Shown here piece after piece: positions 38,501 through 50,455 of a DNA stretch of 64,000 nt (the stretch's first letter is position 1; every line of letters starts with the position of its first letter). Both the position numbers and the translations under genes were made by a program. A model generated the notes under the pieces. It saw only the letters and a list, made by a program, of their open reading frames with translations. It was not told the origin of the DNA and made no database searches. The stretch is from Podarcis vaucheri (Eukaryota): NCBI GenBank assembly GCA_965113315.1, contig OZ220363.1; one strand, given 5' to 3'.

Positions 38501-39368
38501 TGAATGTAGCACAGCAGCCCAAGATGCCGGTGATCATGACCACAACGCCTGCCACCACCAGGATGTAGGCTGTTGCCATGTATGTATTGGACTGCAGGAG
38601 GCTTATGTAATCGCTCTTTTCAGCCAGGGTCCAGATGCCCACTGCCATCACAGCTCCACCTGCCAGCTTAAGAGAGAAAGGAAGATAATAAGTTAAATGC
38701 AGCTGGGGTAGAGAAAACATGAGGCACCATTATCTAGCAGGACTACCTATTGCTTCATCAGTGGTGGTTCACCAAGGCCTGATTCAGGGTCCCTTGGCAG
38801 AGGGGCTTCTGCTGATCTCAATGAGGATGTAAGTTCAAGTGAAGCGCCTTTTCACTCTTATCCTTGCCTATCACACTGCTTCGAAGATTTCTAATGGTCA
38901 CTTTTGACAGAAGCTATGGGAAGAGAAAGGCATATCTATGTGTGGAGGGCCTCCAGCCCTCCTGGAACTTACCACTTCAGAAGGCAATCTGGGGATAACC
39001 CAGTGAAATGCTCCCCTATGGCTATGCCATCAACACCCCATCTTCAGAAAGCTATCAGGGAGAAGTTCTAACCTTGCACTCACCTCAATGTGGCTGTGCT
39101 TTTTGTGAAATAAAGGAGCAGCTAGAAGCTAAGCTCCAACTATCTGCTAATTTCGGAGCAGACTGGCTGTTCTCTTTAAATCATGCAGAAGAGCATTAAA
39201 AGTCTATCCTAATCGCCCCATTGCTCCAGGATACTCCCAAATTCACAGCACAAATCAGCAAAATTGCTAAAGCTGGCTCCTTACCCAGAAAAAGAAGTTG
39301 AAGATGAAGAGGAGATATTTGAGACAGATGGTCCCACATGTTTCCTTGTTTTCAGAGTAGTCACGCAT
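22197..39368 (-). CDS. CD151: CD151 antigen (tetraspanin-24), spliced CDS, 7 coding exons, 252 aa
   Basis: Joined exons translate to [40 protein letters not shown]...[49 protein letters not shown]...DKLQQE-FKCCG...PDSCCK...[61 protein letters not shown]. It has four TM helices, CCG and PxSCC motifs, the CD151-type QRD motif and a C-terminal YxxL; all splice sites are GT-AG. Confidence 0.97.
23061..23470. mobile_element. Young non-autonomous hAT element in the last CD151 intron
   Basis: TIRs caggggtc...gacccctg; 8-bp TSD ttttaaaa on both sides; CpG-rich with internal gcgcatgtgc repeats. Confidence 0.88.
24265..24372. repeat. Inverted (CA)n / (TG)n microsatellite pair
   Basis: About 20 CA units, a ~28-nt spacer, then about 19 TG units. 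Confidence 0.92.
25015..25101 (-). CDS. CD151: CD151 coding exon 6 (87 nt)
   Basis: ctctctctag|GGT GGC TGC...GTA CAG|gtatgg; encodes [29 protein letters not shown]. Confidence 0.96.
25844..26102 (+). mobile_element. Mariner-type MITE, copy A
   Basis: TA|ccgtattttttgctctataagac...gtcttatagagcaaaaaatacgg|TA. Confidence 0.88.
27280..27435 (-). CDS. CD151: CD151 coding exon 5 (156 nt, CCG and QRD region)
   Basis: gtgttcag|TTT AAG TGC TGT GGC...AAA GAG|gtaaga; encodes [12 protein letters not shown]...PDSCCK...[12 protein letters not shown]. Confidence 0.96.
28243..28536 (+). mobile_element. L2 LINE ORF2 internal fragment
   Basis: [12 protein letters not shown]...[13 protein letters not shown]...LRPYL...[12 protein letters not shown] is typical of the L2 post-RT region. 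Confidence 0.88.
29484..29513. repeat. (GA)n microsatellite
   Basis: Seen directly. Confidence 0.9.
30107..30759. mobile_element. Long inverted-repeat element, probably Penelope-derived
   Basis: Arms at about 30134-30287 and 30612-30758 are reverse complements. An internal partial tandem copy lies at 30512-30595. The 12-bp direct repeat ttgtgcatttta flanks the element. Confidence 0.65.
30875..30979 (-). CDS. CD151: CD151 coding exon 4 (105 nt, large extracellular loop helices)
   Basis: cctatgcag|CTG AAT...CAG GAG|gtaggc; encodes [35 protein letters not shown]. Confidence 0.95.
34505..34650 (+). mobile_element. MIR-like tRNA-derived SINE remnant
   Basis: B-box-like gagttcaaatccc and core gggttgttgtgaggataaaatgggg; a related remnant lies at about 25690-25810. 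Confidence 0.55.
34778..34852 (-). CDS. CD151: CD151 coding exon 3 (75 nt, TM3)
   Basis: ttttgcag|TAT TTT...CAG CAG|gtaagc; encodes [25 protein letters not shown]. Confidence 0.96.
38475..38666 (-). CDS. CD151: CD151 coding exon 2 (192 nt)
   Basis: ctctcttaag|CTG GCA...AGA GTG|gtgagt; encodes [24 protein letters not shown]...[16 protein letters not shown]. Confidence 0.96.
39285..39368 (-). CDS. CD151: CD151 coding exon 1 (start codon; exon acceptor at 39386)
   Basis: ttttccacag|ccctgctaaattgcgacaATG CGT GAC...TTC TGG|gtaag. In-frame upstream TAA; A at -3; encodes [28 protein letters not shown]. Confidence 0.95.
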
Positions 39369-41549
39369 TGTCGCAATTTAGCAGGGCTGTGGAAAAGATT
39401 CAAGAAAAGGGAAGACTTCCGTTAGAAAACCCTTTCCCCCTTTGACACTCAATGTGCAACTGTCAACTGGCTTTCTTCTGTATTCAACCGCCACTCTTAA
39501 CAGGCATTGCCAAGATGTAACTTAAGAAACACATAAGGGGAAAAACATGGCTGGTAATACTGCAAGCCCACCCTGTCAGTTCCAGAATAGGTCAATGGAA
39601 GCTGCTTTGTACCCAGTCAGACCACTGGTCCATCTGTTGTCTACACTGACCAGAAGTGGGTCTCCAGGGACTGACCCTGGAGGAACTTCTGCATGCAAAA
39701 GAGATGCTTTACCACTCAGCTACTATTACCGCTGGTGTTAAGATCACTATGTGCCAGGGCACATCTCTACCAATCTATGGTTCCCTGCTGATACTAGCAG
39801 GTATGTGGTCATATGGCCAAGTCTTCTTCAAGGCAGACTGGGTTCAGGCTATCCAAGATTTCATAAGCCAGAAATGGGGAAACCTGTTGTCTTCCTGATG
39901 TTGTTGGACTACAACTCCCCTCAAGCCTGACAACTGGCCAAGCTGGCCGGGGCTGATGGGAGTCCAGAGACATCCAGAGAGCCACAGGCCCCCCATCCCT
40001 GTTATAAGTTTTCACTAGCACCTTGGATTGTGCTGGAAAACCACAAAAACCAAGAGCACAGGCATATGAGAAATCATCTTGCTCAGGTTCCCCTAATGAC
40101 GCAGAGCTAGAAACAGCAGCCCACTCCTGGATTTCATGTGCAGTTAAGTGTTTGGTGCAGAGAAGTTTTCCCTTTTTTCCTCCCTCACATGATTCGGAAG
40201 CTATGTGACCTCCTCAGGAATTGGTACATGACACTGGGGGCAGGAGGAGATTCCCAGAATGGGAATATTTCCATGTCTGAGCCATCTCAGTCTGTCCCTT
40301 TTACCCAATTATGCAAGGAAAGTTTTATTCTTTTTCTCTTAGGATATGTGACAGCATAGCTGGCAGCAAGCAGGGTTCACAAGCGAAGGGGAGAGGCTGA
40401 GAGATGACAGCACACATCCAAGATAGTAAAAGGGAGAGAACAACAAGGCTCCTTCCTTGGCTTCCTGACAGCCCAGGCTTCATGAGAAATTACCGCACAG
40501 CTCTGCCAAAACATAAAAAGGAGCTTCAGAGGCATCCATTTGTCCTCAAAGATCCCACTCTCACCCACTGCTCCCCCACCACCACCACTCGGGATATACT
40601 GCTTGTATAAGATGAGAGATTTACTGTCCCCAGGACAAAAAACAAAATCCTTTTGTTTATCTATAGATAGAACAGATTATATCAACAATTGAAACAGACA
40701 TACGTGCTACAAAAATAAACTGGCTTTGTTTCATGATTCCCCTCCCCCCCCAAAAAAAAACCAGGATCCTGGGAACTACAGTTTTCCCTGTCTGGCACTT
40801 TGACTGGCTTTCATGTTCTGCTGCTTGCTCATGGTCCAGTTCTACCCCACCTCTGTTTGGATGATCAGAAACATGTTCATCCTCACCCTGTAGGGATGAT
40901 TCATCCTGAAATGGACACCCTCCCATTTCCGTGGGCTTTCCCCCCCCAAGGGTCTGTTTAAGAGATGCTCTGCAACCTTTTTGATGTTAAGCACCAGGCA
41001 TCTGGTTCCATTCTGGTTCAAGCCGAGGATCCCCTCTCAGTGGTACAGGCCCAGCTTATCCCAAAACATTCCCCAATGCCCCAAACACCTTAATCTTTCT
41101 CCCTGTGTAACCATCTCATCTACACATAGAGACAGCTCAGTTTCACTTAACCAACTCACCCTGCACATGGAACAGGGTGGCATTTCAGAGAAAGCTACCA
41201 CCTCAGAGGTTGTGGTCTTCAATGTTACCTTCCAGTTCTGCACAATTACAGTTCTCCTTCTCACTGGTGCATACCTGCTCACACAAACACTGACTTCCTC
41301 CTCTGCACAATCTAACAGGCTATCTAAACTATGGGTGGCACCTATAACCTTCATCTCAGCAGGCAAGTTGCCATCCGGTCTACAAACCTGTCACAAACCC
41401 AATTCTTCATGGATACAATTATGATTGAATTGCCCCCTACTCCCTGGAGGTACATACGCAGTGCAAGGATGACTTCCATTACCTTCATACAGTATGGATA
41501 AATGCACGTCCCAGTCCCAGAAGGATGCAAAATTTCCGCTCATAATCCT

Positions 41550-41850
41550 AGAAACCCAGGGTCATTCAGTGAAGCTGAATGGTGATGGATTTAGGACAGA
41601 TCAACACACATTGATGGTCACCAACTTGGATGGCCTTCGAAGGAGATTAGATAAATTCACTGAGGATAAGACTATCAATGGCTGCAAGTAGCGATGCCTG
41701 TATATTACATCCAGTACCAGAGGCAGTAAATCTCTGAAAACCAGCTTCTGGGAACACAAGAGGGAGATTGCTATGGTGGTGAGTGTCCTGTTTCTACACT
41801 TCCAATTGGTATCTAGTTGGCTACTGTTGAGAAACAGAACGTTAGGCTAG
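41550..41850 (+). mobile_element. CR1 LINE 3' fragment
   Basis: acccagggtcattcagtgaagctgaat...tttaggacaga...caccaacttggatggc...ttagataaattcactgaggataagactatcaatggct resembles the squamate CR1 3' end. Confidence 0.65.
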
Positions 41851-44800
41851 ATAGGCCTGTGGCTCTTCTTGTGGTTAGCAGGAGAAATGGCTGCGAGTTC
41901 AGGCCTGACGGAAGTTTTCTATTAAGCAAAAAGTTCCAAGCACTGCAACCTTTCCGCACAGGGCAATTGCTTCATCTCCTTGGATCATTTTGGTTGGTTG
42001 ACATTTTTCTGAACGAGAGTCTGTACCTCTCCTCGCCCCTGCAGAATGCTGAGAAGGATTGCAGTTTGCTGGGCTGATTCCAGATCAGTGCAGCAGAGGC
42101 CACATCTATGATGAGATGTACCATCATAGTGCATGAATCAGTTCTTTCAACCCTTGTATGGACATGTCACAGCTGGAAGAAGTTGGAAGCATCATGTTAA
42201 CTATGGAACAAGACACCCAAAAGTAAATGCCTACCAGCTGCTTCAAAGTATTATATTTCCATTTTAAAGCTGCACTCAACTGCACATTAACCATGTTCTC
42301 ATATCTTCTCTCCCTGTGAGGGACAGCATTTAGCTATGCATGACTCTGATCCAACATGCTTAAAATATATGGGCAGCTTGACTAGACTTCTGTGTGTACA
42401 TAATAAACAGAATTTGAAGTTTTTGGATTCTGATTAATGCTCATTGAACTGGTCTATTGGCCAATGTGCATTATCACATGTTCTTCCATGAAGCTCTTAA
42501 AGTTACATGGGATATTGTTAGTCCCATCCCCATCTTGCATAGCACTGCTAGTAAAGCAAACAAGATTGTGAAGAGGTGCTAAAAGAGGGCTCTCCCATCG
42601 ATTTTAGTGCTGTAGTCGGAGAACAGCAGGAGGTTTATGAAGCATGCTGATTTATGGAGGACGGATGGCCAGTGAGTCATAGAACAATCATTGCTGTCTC
42701 CACTGGCCCTGGCCAGGAATAGCATCCCATTGAACAACGAGACTGTTCTTGCATTTAAATCAGCAATGCAAGGAAAGTACTACTGGAAATTAAACAAGCT
42801 ATACAGACCATCCCACTTCACTGCTAGCATATTCTTTTCATTTCGATCAAGAAGAACGAATCAGTCTTTTCTACAGTGCTCTGGAAATGCAAAGTCAACA
42901 CAACTCACAGGAACAGACTATTTAGCTCCAGAGCTGCATATATGCTGCACTAAAATTCCCACCCCAGAATTTTGTGTTCCAGTATGCTGCATTCCATTCC
43001 AAGGAAATCTGGGTTCTGCAACCTATGTGAATTAGGCAGATCCAGCAAATGATCATACTGCTTATTCTGCTTTTGCAAAACAAACAAACAAAACCCCTCA
43101 CCCCACTAATTGGAAAGCTTGCTCAGTCCCACCCCTCGAACTTCTTAGATTCAACATGGCTGCCTATACATTTTCACAACGGTGGGGGCTAGAAATTTAT
43201 CTTTAAAACAAGGGGAGTTGGAAAGGTGGGGTTTTGAGGGTGTGCTCTTATTTGCACTCAATAGAAATGTACTAGCCTACATTTGCAGAGCACACAAAAT
43301 CCTTCACTGCACTCATAGTGTTGATCCAATCAAGGGCAAAGTTCAGGAAACCACTGCAAGTCCCCGCTTATCAGAAGAAAGGAGGCAAAGATCCCTTTAG
43401 CTTTAGGCACATTGCCTCAGTCCGAACACAGGAGATTGCAAGTTTAAAACCACCCACGGCATTATTTCCCCTTTCAATCAAGCCTAGCCCCGCCCCATCC
43501 CTGCCACACCTTAATTCACATAGCATTGCATCACTGTGCACACAAATCTGACTTCAAACACGAAGTGTACAGCTGAAGAAAAAAATGGGATGAGCACTGG
43601 CACACTGGTTATGTGACAAGTCACCAGCTAGGCATAAAGGGGTGCTACCACAAAGTCAACTTTGCAACAAGACTGTCTTGGCACAACAGCTTGGTTACAT
43701 CAACTGAAACACGGCAATGAACCTATTAACTAAAAACTCAATTTGCACTTCACTTGTAGTTATACGAAATGGAAGCCTCACATAATAATATTCTCCTCCA
43801 GCAGCCATAGGAAAGGAATGCCGCTATATCTTAAGGAGAGCTGTAAAAAAGAGGGACGTGGTTGCAACTGGCAGCTTTCAAATCTAGGCCTAGTGAGCTG
43901 TTTTACTTACAGAGAAAGGAAATTAGAATTGAACTACTATTAGGAGAAACTGCATCTCTCCCTCTTCAAAGGGTAAGGTGGTTCATCGTCAAATCAAACT
44001 TATGCTCAGTCTGAAAAACAGAAGTGCTCACACTTAAGATAGTGGTTGACCCATGAGTTGAAAGCAGAATTTTCTGTGTGAGCCTCAGCACAGCATTTCA
44101 ATCCATTTTTCATTTCTTTTTGCTTTTAACTTGTTATTAACTTGATATGATTTTATTGTTTGGTTTTATGTTTTTATATTGTTGCAAACATTTTTCTGAT
44201 ACAGCAGTATATAAATATTTTAATAAATCATTCTCTGCCTGCAACTTCAGGCTTGCAGGAAAAAGGAATCACAGAGTTGAAAGAGATCACAAAGGCCAGC
44301 AAACCCAACCGCATGCCAAGACATAGATGCCCACACATCAACCTACTGCTACAAAACCTCACTAGTGTGCCCAGACAAGCAGAGGCCAATGAAACTCCAC
44401 AAAACTTAGGCAGTGTTTAGATTTGGGGTACTCTTTGGGTTCCACCCCTCTTTCTAAACAGCCTGTGTTTCATTCTAAGACATTCTGTTTTCATTCACCA
44501 TAATGAGTTATTGGCTGCACAAGACTATGCAAAGTGTAACATGCAGAATTCTCTGGAGCTGTTTATACACATCTCAAGATGTTCTTTATTAGCAAGACTA
44601 GAAAGATCCTGCAGGCAATGTCATCTTGTTACTTACAAATGCATACACAGAGAAGGGAATTATCGCAGTTCCTCATGCTCACCATCAGCTTTCCTGCTAA
44701 TGAAAGCACGCGTGTAAGTCATTTGGGGTCCTCATTCACCAGCTAAGCAAGGAAAAGGAATCAGAAAGGGAGTGGGATGCCCTTCTAAGTTCCTCCCAAA

Positions 44801-46035
44801 GCTCCCCTCTTCCCCTAGCATAGAAAAAGATCACGTTTGGTAAGTTAAAGTAGGATTTACAAACTCTTCAAAGGTCAGGTTCATGTGCTTTTCCATATAT
44901 CAGCCAGAAAACACAGGCAGTAAAACTTAGCTTGGTTATAGTGGTGAAAGTATAAATTATTGGGATAGGAATAGAAGAATGGCTTGGAGCAAACAGCTCA
45001 TATCACGCTCCATGCTGAGCTTCTCAGGTAGACTGAAGGGGAACAAGGGGGCGGGGGGAGGAGAATTGACCTAGCTAAGCCTGGCAGGACAGCTAAACTC
45101 TATGGCATTAACCCCTTCATGTGCTAATTAGACTGGAGCATGTTGGTTCTAAGAGGCTGGTTATCCCACAAGATCTACCGCTGGATTCCAATCTACCTTT
45201 TGTCCACCCATTTATACAGCAAATTTGCATACACATGTATTTTTAAGCATCTTTTTAAACTCACAATGAACATTAGGCATGGGCAAGTGAGATAGAAGAA
45301 GTGGATTGGAAGAAGAAGTGACTGGAAGAAGTGATTCTTCCAAGCCACATACACAAAGCCTGTTACAAGGGTAGGGCCCAGCCCTCTCTCAACTGATCTA
45401 ACTCTCCAGTCACATACATTACACCCGCTTTGGGGGCTCCTCCCCAAGTAATGTCAAGCATGCATATGCTCTGCAAAGCCATTTGCTCACACAATCATAT
45501 AATTACAGACTATACACATCTATTGAGTCACACACATGTTGCCAGATACACTTGTCTCAACCTGTACAGGAACAAAGAAAGTAGGTCCTGAAGCTATTTC
45601 TGCTTTAACCTATCCTGAGTTTAGATCTAAACACTAAACAGGACCTTAGGAAACAAAGGCCAAGCAATCCTTACATTTCAACGGAAACATAAGTCAACAA
45701 ATATAGCACAAACTGAGCATTACCAACCCCAAAAGTGAAAGCTCTTTTTCGGGGGGGGGGGCAGAGGCTGCCTGCACATTCAGTCTGTGTTATATTTGTT
45801 TTTGGCAAGGGTGTCAATGTTTTGTCTGGTTTTCTTTTTGAGGGAAAGCATCACCATTTTTTCCTCTGTGAAATGGGTATTTTGTGATGCCAACAGCAAT
45901 TTCTTCAATTTCAAATGTGTTTCTGTGCCCAAAAAGGTTTCACGTTGTGTGTGAACCTGACCAAAGGCTTAAAGCTATGGTTGAAGGAGAAATAAGGTTG
46001 CCATATTTCAAAAAAATTAGACATAAAAGTTGTTG

Positions 46036-46249
46036 AGCTATTTTGGATTGCATTAGGCATATCGTGCAATAAATATTTCTACTTAGGGTTGCCATACATC
46101 CAGATTTTCCCAGACATTTTGCTAATTTCCACCCAGACACTGCTTCCAACTGCAGTATTCCATGTATGTCCAGGAAATTCCAGGCATATGGCAACCCTAA
46201 GTAGAAATATTTATTGCAAGATATGCCTAACGCATTCCAGTATATAGCT
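46036..46249. repeat. Inverted repeat around a tagggttgcca-type hAT MITE
   Basis: Arms of about 60 bp: gcattaggcatatcgtgcaataaatatttctacttagggttgccata and tatggcaaccctaagtagaaatatttattgcaagatatgcctaacgc. Confidence 0.8.
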
Positions 46250-47619
46250 TTATTGGAGGGTGTTTGTAAAAAAGATAGCAGGACAAATAAGTCAACAGAA
46301 TGTTAAAGAAAATATTTCTTCATTTATTCATCATATTCTTAACTTACCTTACCTTATAGGCAGCTCAAGCATAATTTAACCCTTTAAAACAATTTCAAAA
46401 ACATCAAACCCCAACAAAAATGGTTAAAACAACAAACTAACCAATTTAATCATTCTCTGTACAGCACCCATGATCTCAAAAAAACATAGTAACAAGCCAC
46501 AATAATAAATAACAATTCTAAAAAATGTGTTTACCCCAGGTCCCTGGACTTCTTTTGAATAGTAACATTTAAAAATCCTTAATAAAAATGTTAGGTAACT
46601 GTTAGTCAAGTTTTGAAACATGCATAAGGTCATATATTTATCATGAGCACTCTGCAAATTCTGTATGACTAAGAAAGTGTCTACATCAGATAACAACAGA
46701 CAAAAATAACTGTTTGCAAAGACAATAGGCATGTGGTTCTAAAACCCTTAAGTATCTCCACAGAGTTAAAAACAAAGCTGATAGCAGCTCTACTCATGGA
46801 CTAATATGCAGGGATGTTTAAAAATAAGCCTGCACACTTACCAACAAACAAAAGCCACAAACCACTCTTCCTTGCTCTCAAATACAAGACTAACTAATGA
46901 AAGTATTATTAGGGCTTGCCTTTTAACCCATGACGGCTTTGTAAACTATTTGAATGAGCCAACAGGGAGGTGGAGGAAAAGGTCATGGAAATCTGCCCTC
47001 AATCAGAAGACCATGATTTCCCTCCCACCCAAAAAAGTAAGATTTGCCCACATTTCTCCCTCACTTAGACTTTACTGTCCCTGTTCTACAGAGATTTCTT
47101 GAGAGATCCACAGAAAGCAAACAGTTGCCAAAGACTCCTGGTTATTATAATCTTTATCCCACAATTAATCTGTTCATCTTTAAGATGCCGTTGGACTTTT
47201 TGGTTGGTTTTTTAAAACTCTGCCAAACTGCACCTGATGACATTAGGAAGTTTGCCTGAACAAGGTCTGCATGACTTGCTCTATGAAGAGCAAATATGTT
47301 CTCTGCAGGTTTAAGACCAAATATTTGGGGAAAGACTGCTGCCATTGACAAGCACAAACCTGAACCCATCTAAATTAATTCCTCCATTATCAAGACACTT
47401 GTGGGAAAGAAAGGAACCTCAGACACAAGCCACCTGATTTTTATATGGCTTCCAATGCCTAAAATGCATGGTTCCTAGACAGCTTAACTGAATAACTGAA
47501 CTGAAGCAAACACACACACAAGCCCAACCAATCTTATAGCAGCTTGGGAGAAATACACACTGAGCGAGGAGGAACTTTTCACATTTGTTATCCCTATGTT
47601 GCAATAGGAGCCATTCATG

Positions 47620-47790
47620 TGTACACACTATACCTTTAAAATGCATTTCCCCCCTCAAAGAATTCTGGGCTGTAAAGTTTACACCTCATGGAGTTACCAT
47701 TCCCAGCAACCCATTAACAAACTACAGTGCCCAGAATTCTTTGAGGCAGAAAATGTGCTTCAAATGTGCTTTAAATGTATAGTGTGTCTG
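47620..47790. mobile_element. Palindromic MITE (relative near 18770-18950)
   Basis: acacactatacctttaaa...tttaaatgtatagtgtgt with inner ctcaaagaattctgggc and gcccagaattctttgag. Confidence 0.65.
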
Positions 47791-48212
47791 TAGTTGAAGT
47801 AAAATTACAGGGCTTTGGTTGAAAGAAATTGCCAGGGAATCATCCTGTTCCTTGGGAGTGCTGTGGTTGCCACCAATTGTCTTCTAGAAATGTAGGAAGT
47901 GACCTTATACCAAGACTCATTGGCTCATTTGGCTCAGAACTGGCAACTGGCATCAGCTCTCCAGGATTTAATGGAGGGCTCCTTCTGTATGCTCTACCAC
48001 CAAGCTATGGCTCTGGTCTCTGTGTTATCACTGGAGGCCTCAGATGTGGCCCTGGGTCTTCCAGTTGCTGATCTCTATTTTAAACCCACAGCTAAGGAAA
48101 AACGCATTTGGTCAGTAAAAAGGATTTTATTTCACAATCTGCAGAGTTTAAGGAGAATTATCTCTGGCCTCAACCAAGCATATTTTAGGGAACTGTTTAG
48201 CTAATGACAAAG

Positions 48213-48214
<2 letters not shown>

Positions 48215-48245
<31 letters not shown>

Positions 48246-48266
48246 AGAGAGAGGGAGAGAGAGAGA
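48215..48266. repeat. (TG)n(GA)n compound microsatellite
   Basis: Seen directly. Confidence 0.9.
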
Positions 48267-49046
48267 AGATCCTCTGTGTATTCAATAATATCATTTTACA
48301 GAGAGTGCTATAGAATCCTCAAGACAGACAGTTGGCTCCGTTGTGTTTATATTGGGAAGTCAGCCTCCAAGACAGCTCTCTGAGGGGGTGATTGATGGAA
48401 ACACCACTGCATAGAACATCATCATCTTAAATAAAGCTCCTTTCATTCTAAAAGTACTTTGCACCATTGATTTACAGAAGCCACTTCAACAGTTATTGAG
48501 ATGAGAAGAACAATAAAAAAGGACTAGCGTCTTTCAGTGAAGTGTCAAGAGTGAGGCTCAGGAACGCAACCCTTTTCGATCTGGACTAACTTTGCTAAAC
48601 CCAGCCTCACTCCAGTCACTTTCACAAGGAAAGCTAATTTCTTGCACCTGAATCCCTAATGCAGGACTACTGTGTGCTGCTGCTGGGTAGGGAGGAAAGA
48701 CAATATCAGACCACCGATTTTAGGAAGAGAGTTAAAAACAAGCTGAAATAACCTGCTGTGCATTCTGATGCAAAATGACTGTGAAAGTCAGGATATAAAT
48801 TTGCATGAATTGGTAATTTCTCCCCTTCCCTCAAGCCTAATTGCCTTGGGATGGAGTGGGGAGATTTTCTGTAGTGAGGGAAAGAGAAGTGAGAGGAAGA
48901 GGAGGAGGGGGGAGAAAGAAGAGGGGGGCCTCTTGCTCTGGCCCTGCCCACTTTGAGCTTCAGCCCTGCCCACCCTGACTCCAGCCCTGCCCCCCTTGCC
49001 CCCAGGGAATGAAGGCTTCAACATTTCCCTAGAAGCAAAGTAAATA

Positions 49047-49231
49047 CTGTGACAAAAATAAAGGGCATTAATGATTATGCACTTATACAGACAGGAGTGA
49101 CTTGTGGACAACTTCTGCTCTCCTTGTGTGATGCCTCTTCTAAAATAGTCACCTTGAGAGCAGAAGTTGTCCACAAATCCCTCATGCCTGTTTTAAGTGC
49201 ATAATCATTAGTGCCCTTTATTTTGTCACAG
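49047..49231. repeat. 185-bp near-perfect hairpin (palindromic MITE-like)
   Basis: Arms of about 76 bp (ctgtgacaaaa...acttctgctctc and gagagcagaagt...ttttgtcacag) around a ~30-nt loop. Confidence 0.85.
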
Positions 49232-49296
49232 AATTGGCTGGTTAAGAGGAAAACCGAGGAAGTGAGTCACACAACTTAGGCCTGAGCAAAAGATTA

Positions 49297-49491
49297 AAGG
49301 TAAAGGTAAAGGTACCCCTGCCCGTACGGGCCAGTCTTGCCAGACTCTAGGGTTGTGCGCCCATCTCACTCAAGAGGCCGGGGGCCAGCGCTGTCCGAAG
49401 ACACTTCCGGGTCACGTGGCCAGCGTGACATCGCTGCTCTGGCGAACCAGAGCCGCACACGGAAACGCCGTTTACCTTCCCGCTTAAGCGG
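49297..49491 (-). mobile_element. 5'-truncated Sauria SINE
   Basis: (ACCTTT)n tail, Sauria-type body (cacttccgggtcacgtggccagc...gtttaccttcccg), 13-bp TSD gagcaaaagatta at 49284-49296 and 49492-49504. Confidence 0.88.
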
Positions 49492-50112
49492 GAGCAAAAG
49501 ATTAGGTAGTCTATAAATACTTCTTGAAGATACTGACAAATGGAAGGAAACAGATGATAAAGGGAGGAGATTCACTGATAAACGGACACCTCAGAAAAAT
49601 GCACACTGATGAAGAGAAATCTTGGGCATAAGAAAACTGATGGTGGACGAGTAAAGAGGCAAGAGTTCTAGAAATAAGATAGTGACTCATAACCAAAACA
49701 GGGAGAAATGTAATTGTTGCTTAATACACAGGATTCTGATTATGTGATTAGGAATGTATTGACAGGGATGGAGATTTCCTTGCTAGAGTTTATGAGGACA
49801 TAGCTTTCATATTCCCACCTCTTTAGAGTTGAGGTGGCTGGTGACCATGAACAGGGCCTTCTTACTTTTCACATCCCACCTTTGGAATTCACTTCCCAAA
49901 GAAACAAAGTTAGCACGTCTCCACTCTCATTTATATGGCAAGCATATTAAAAACATTTCTCTTGGGCATTTTCCTAAAGATTGCTGCCTCTAAATTGCTC
50001 GCTTTCTCTGATGTAGTCTTGGTGTGTTTGGCTCTATTGGCTTTTTTAATGCATTTTTTTAAAAATAAGTCAACTTTTAAACATGATTTGATAATTTTAC
50101 ATGAGCCACCTT

Positions 50113-50455
50113 AATAATAATAATAATAATAATTTATTATTTATACCCCACCCATCTGGCTTTGTTTCCCAAGCCCCTCTGGGCGGCTTCCAACAGAAGA
50201 TTAAAAATACATTACAACATCAGTCATTAAAAACATCCCTAAACAGGGCTGCCTTCAGATGTCTTCTAAACGTCAAGTAGTTGTTTATCTCCTTGACATC
50301 TGATGGGAGGGTGTTCCACAGGGTGGGCCCCACTACCGAGAAGGACCTCTGCCTGGTACCCTGTAACTTCGCTTCTCGCAGTGAGGGAACCACCAGAAGG
50401 CCCTCGGCGCTGGACCTCAGCATCTGGGTTGAACAATGGGGATGGAGACACTCCT
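50113..50455 (-). mobile_element. L2 LINE 3' end with (TTA)n tail
   Basis: LRSSAEGLLVVP...RQRSFSVVGPTLWNTLPSDVKEINNYLTFRRHLKAALF*; it abuts an older plus-strand L2 tail at about 49800-50110. Confidence 0.88.
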
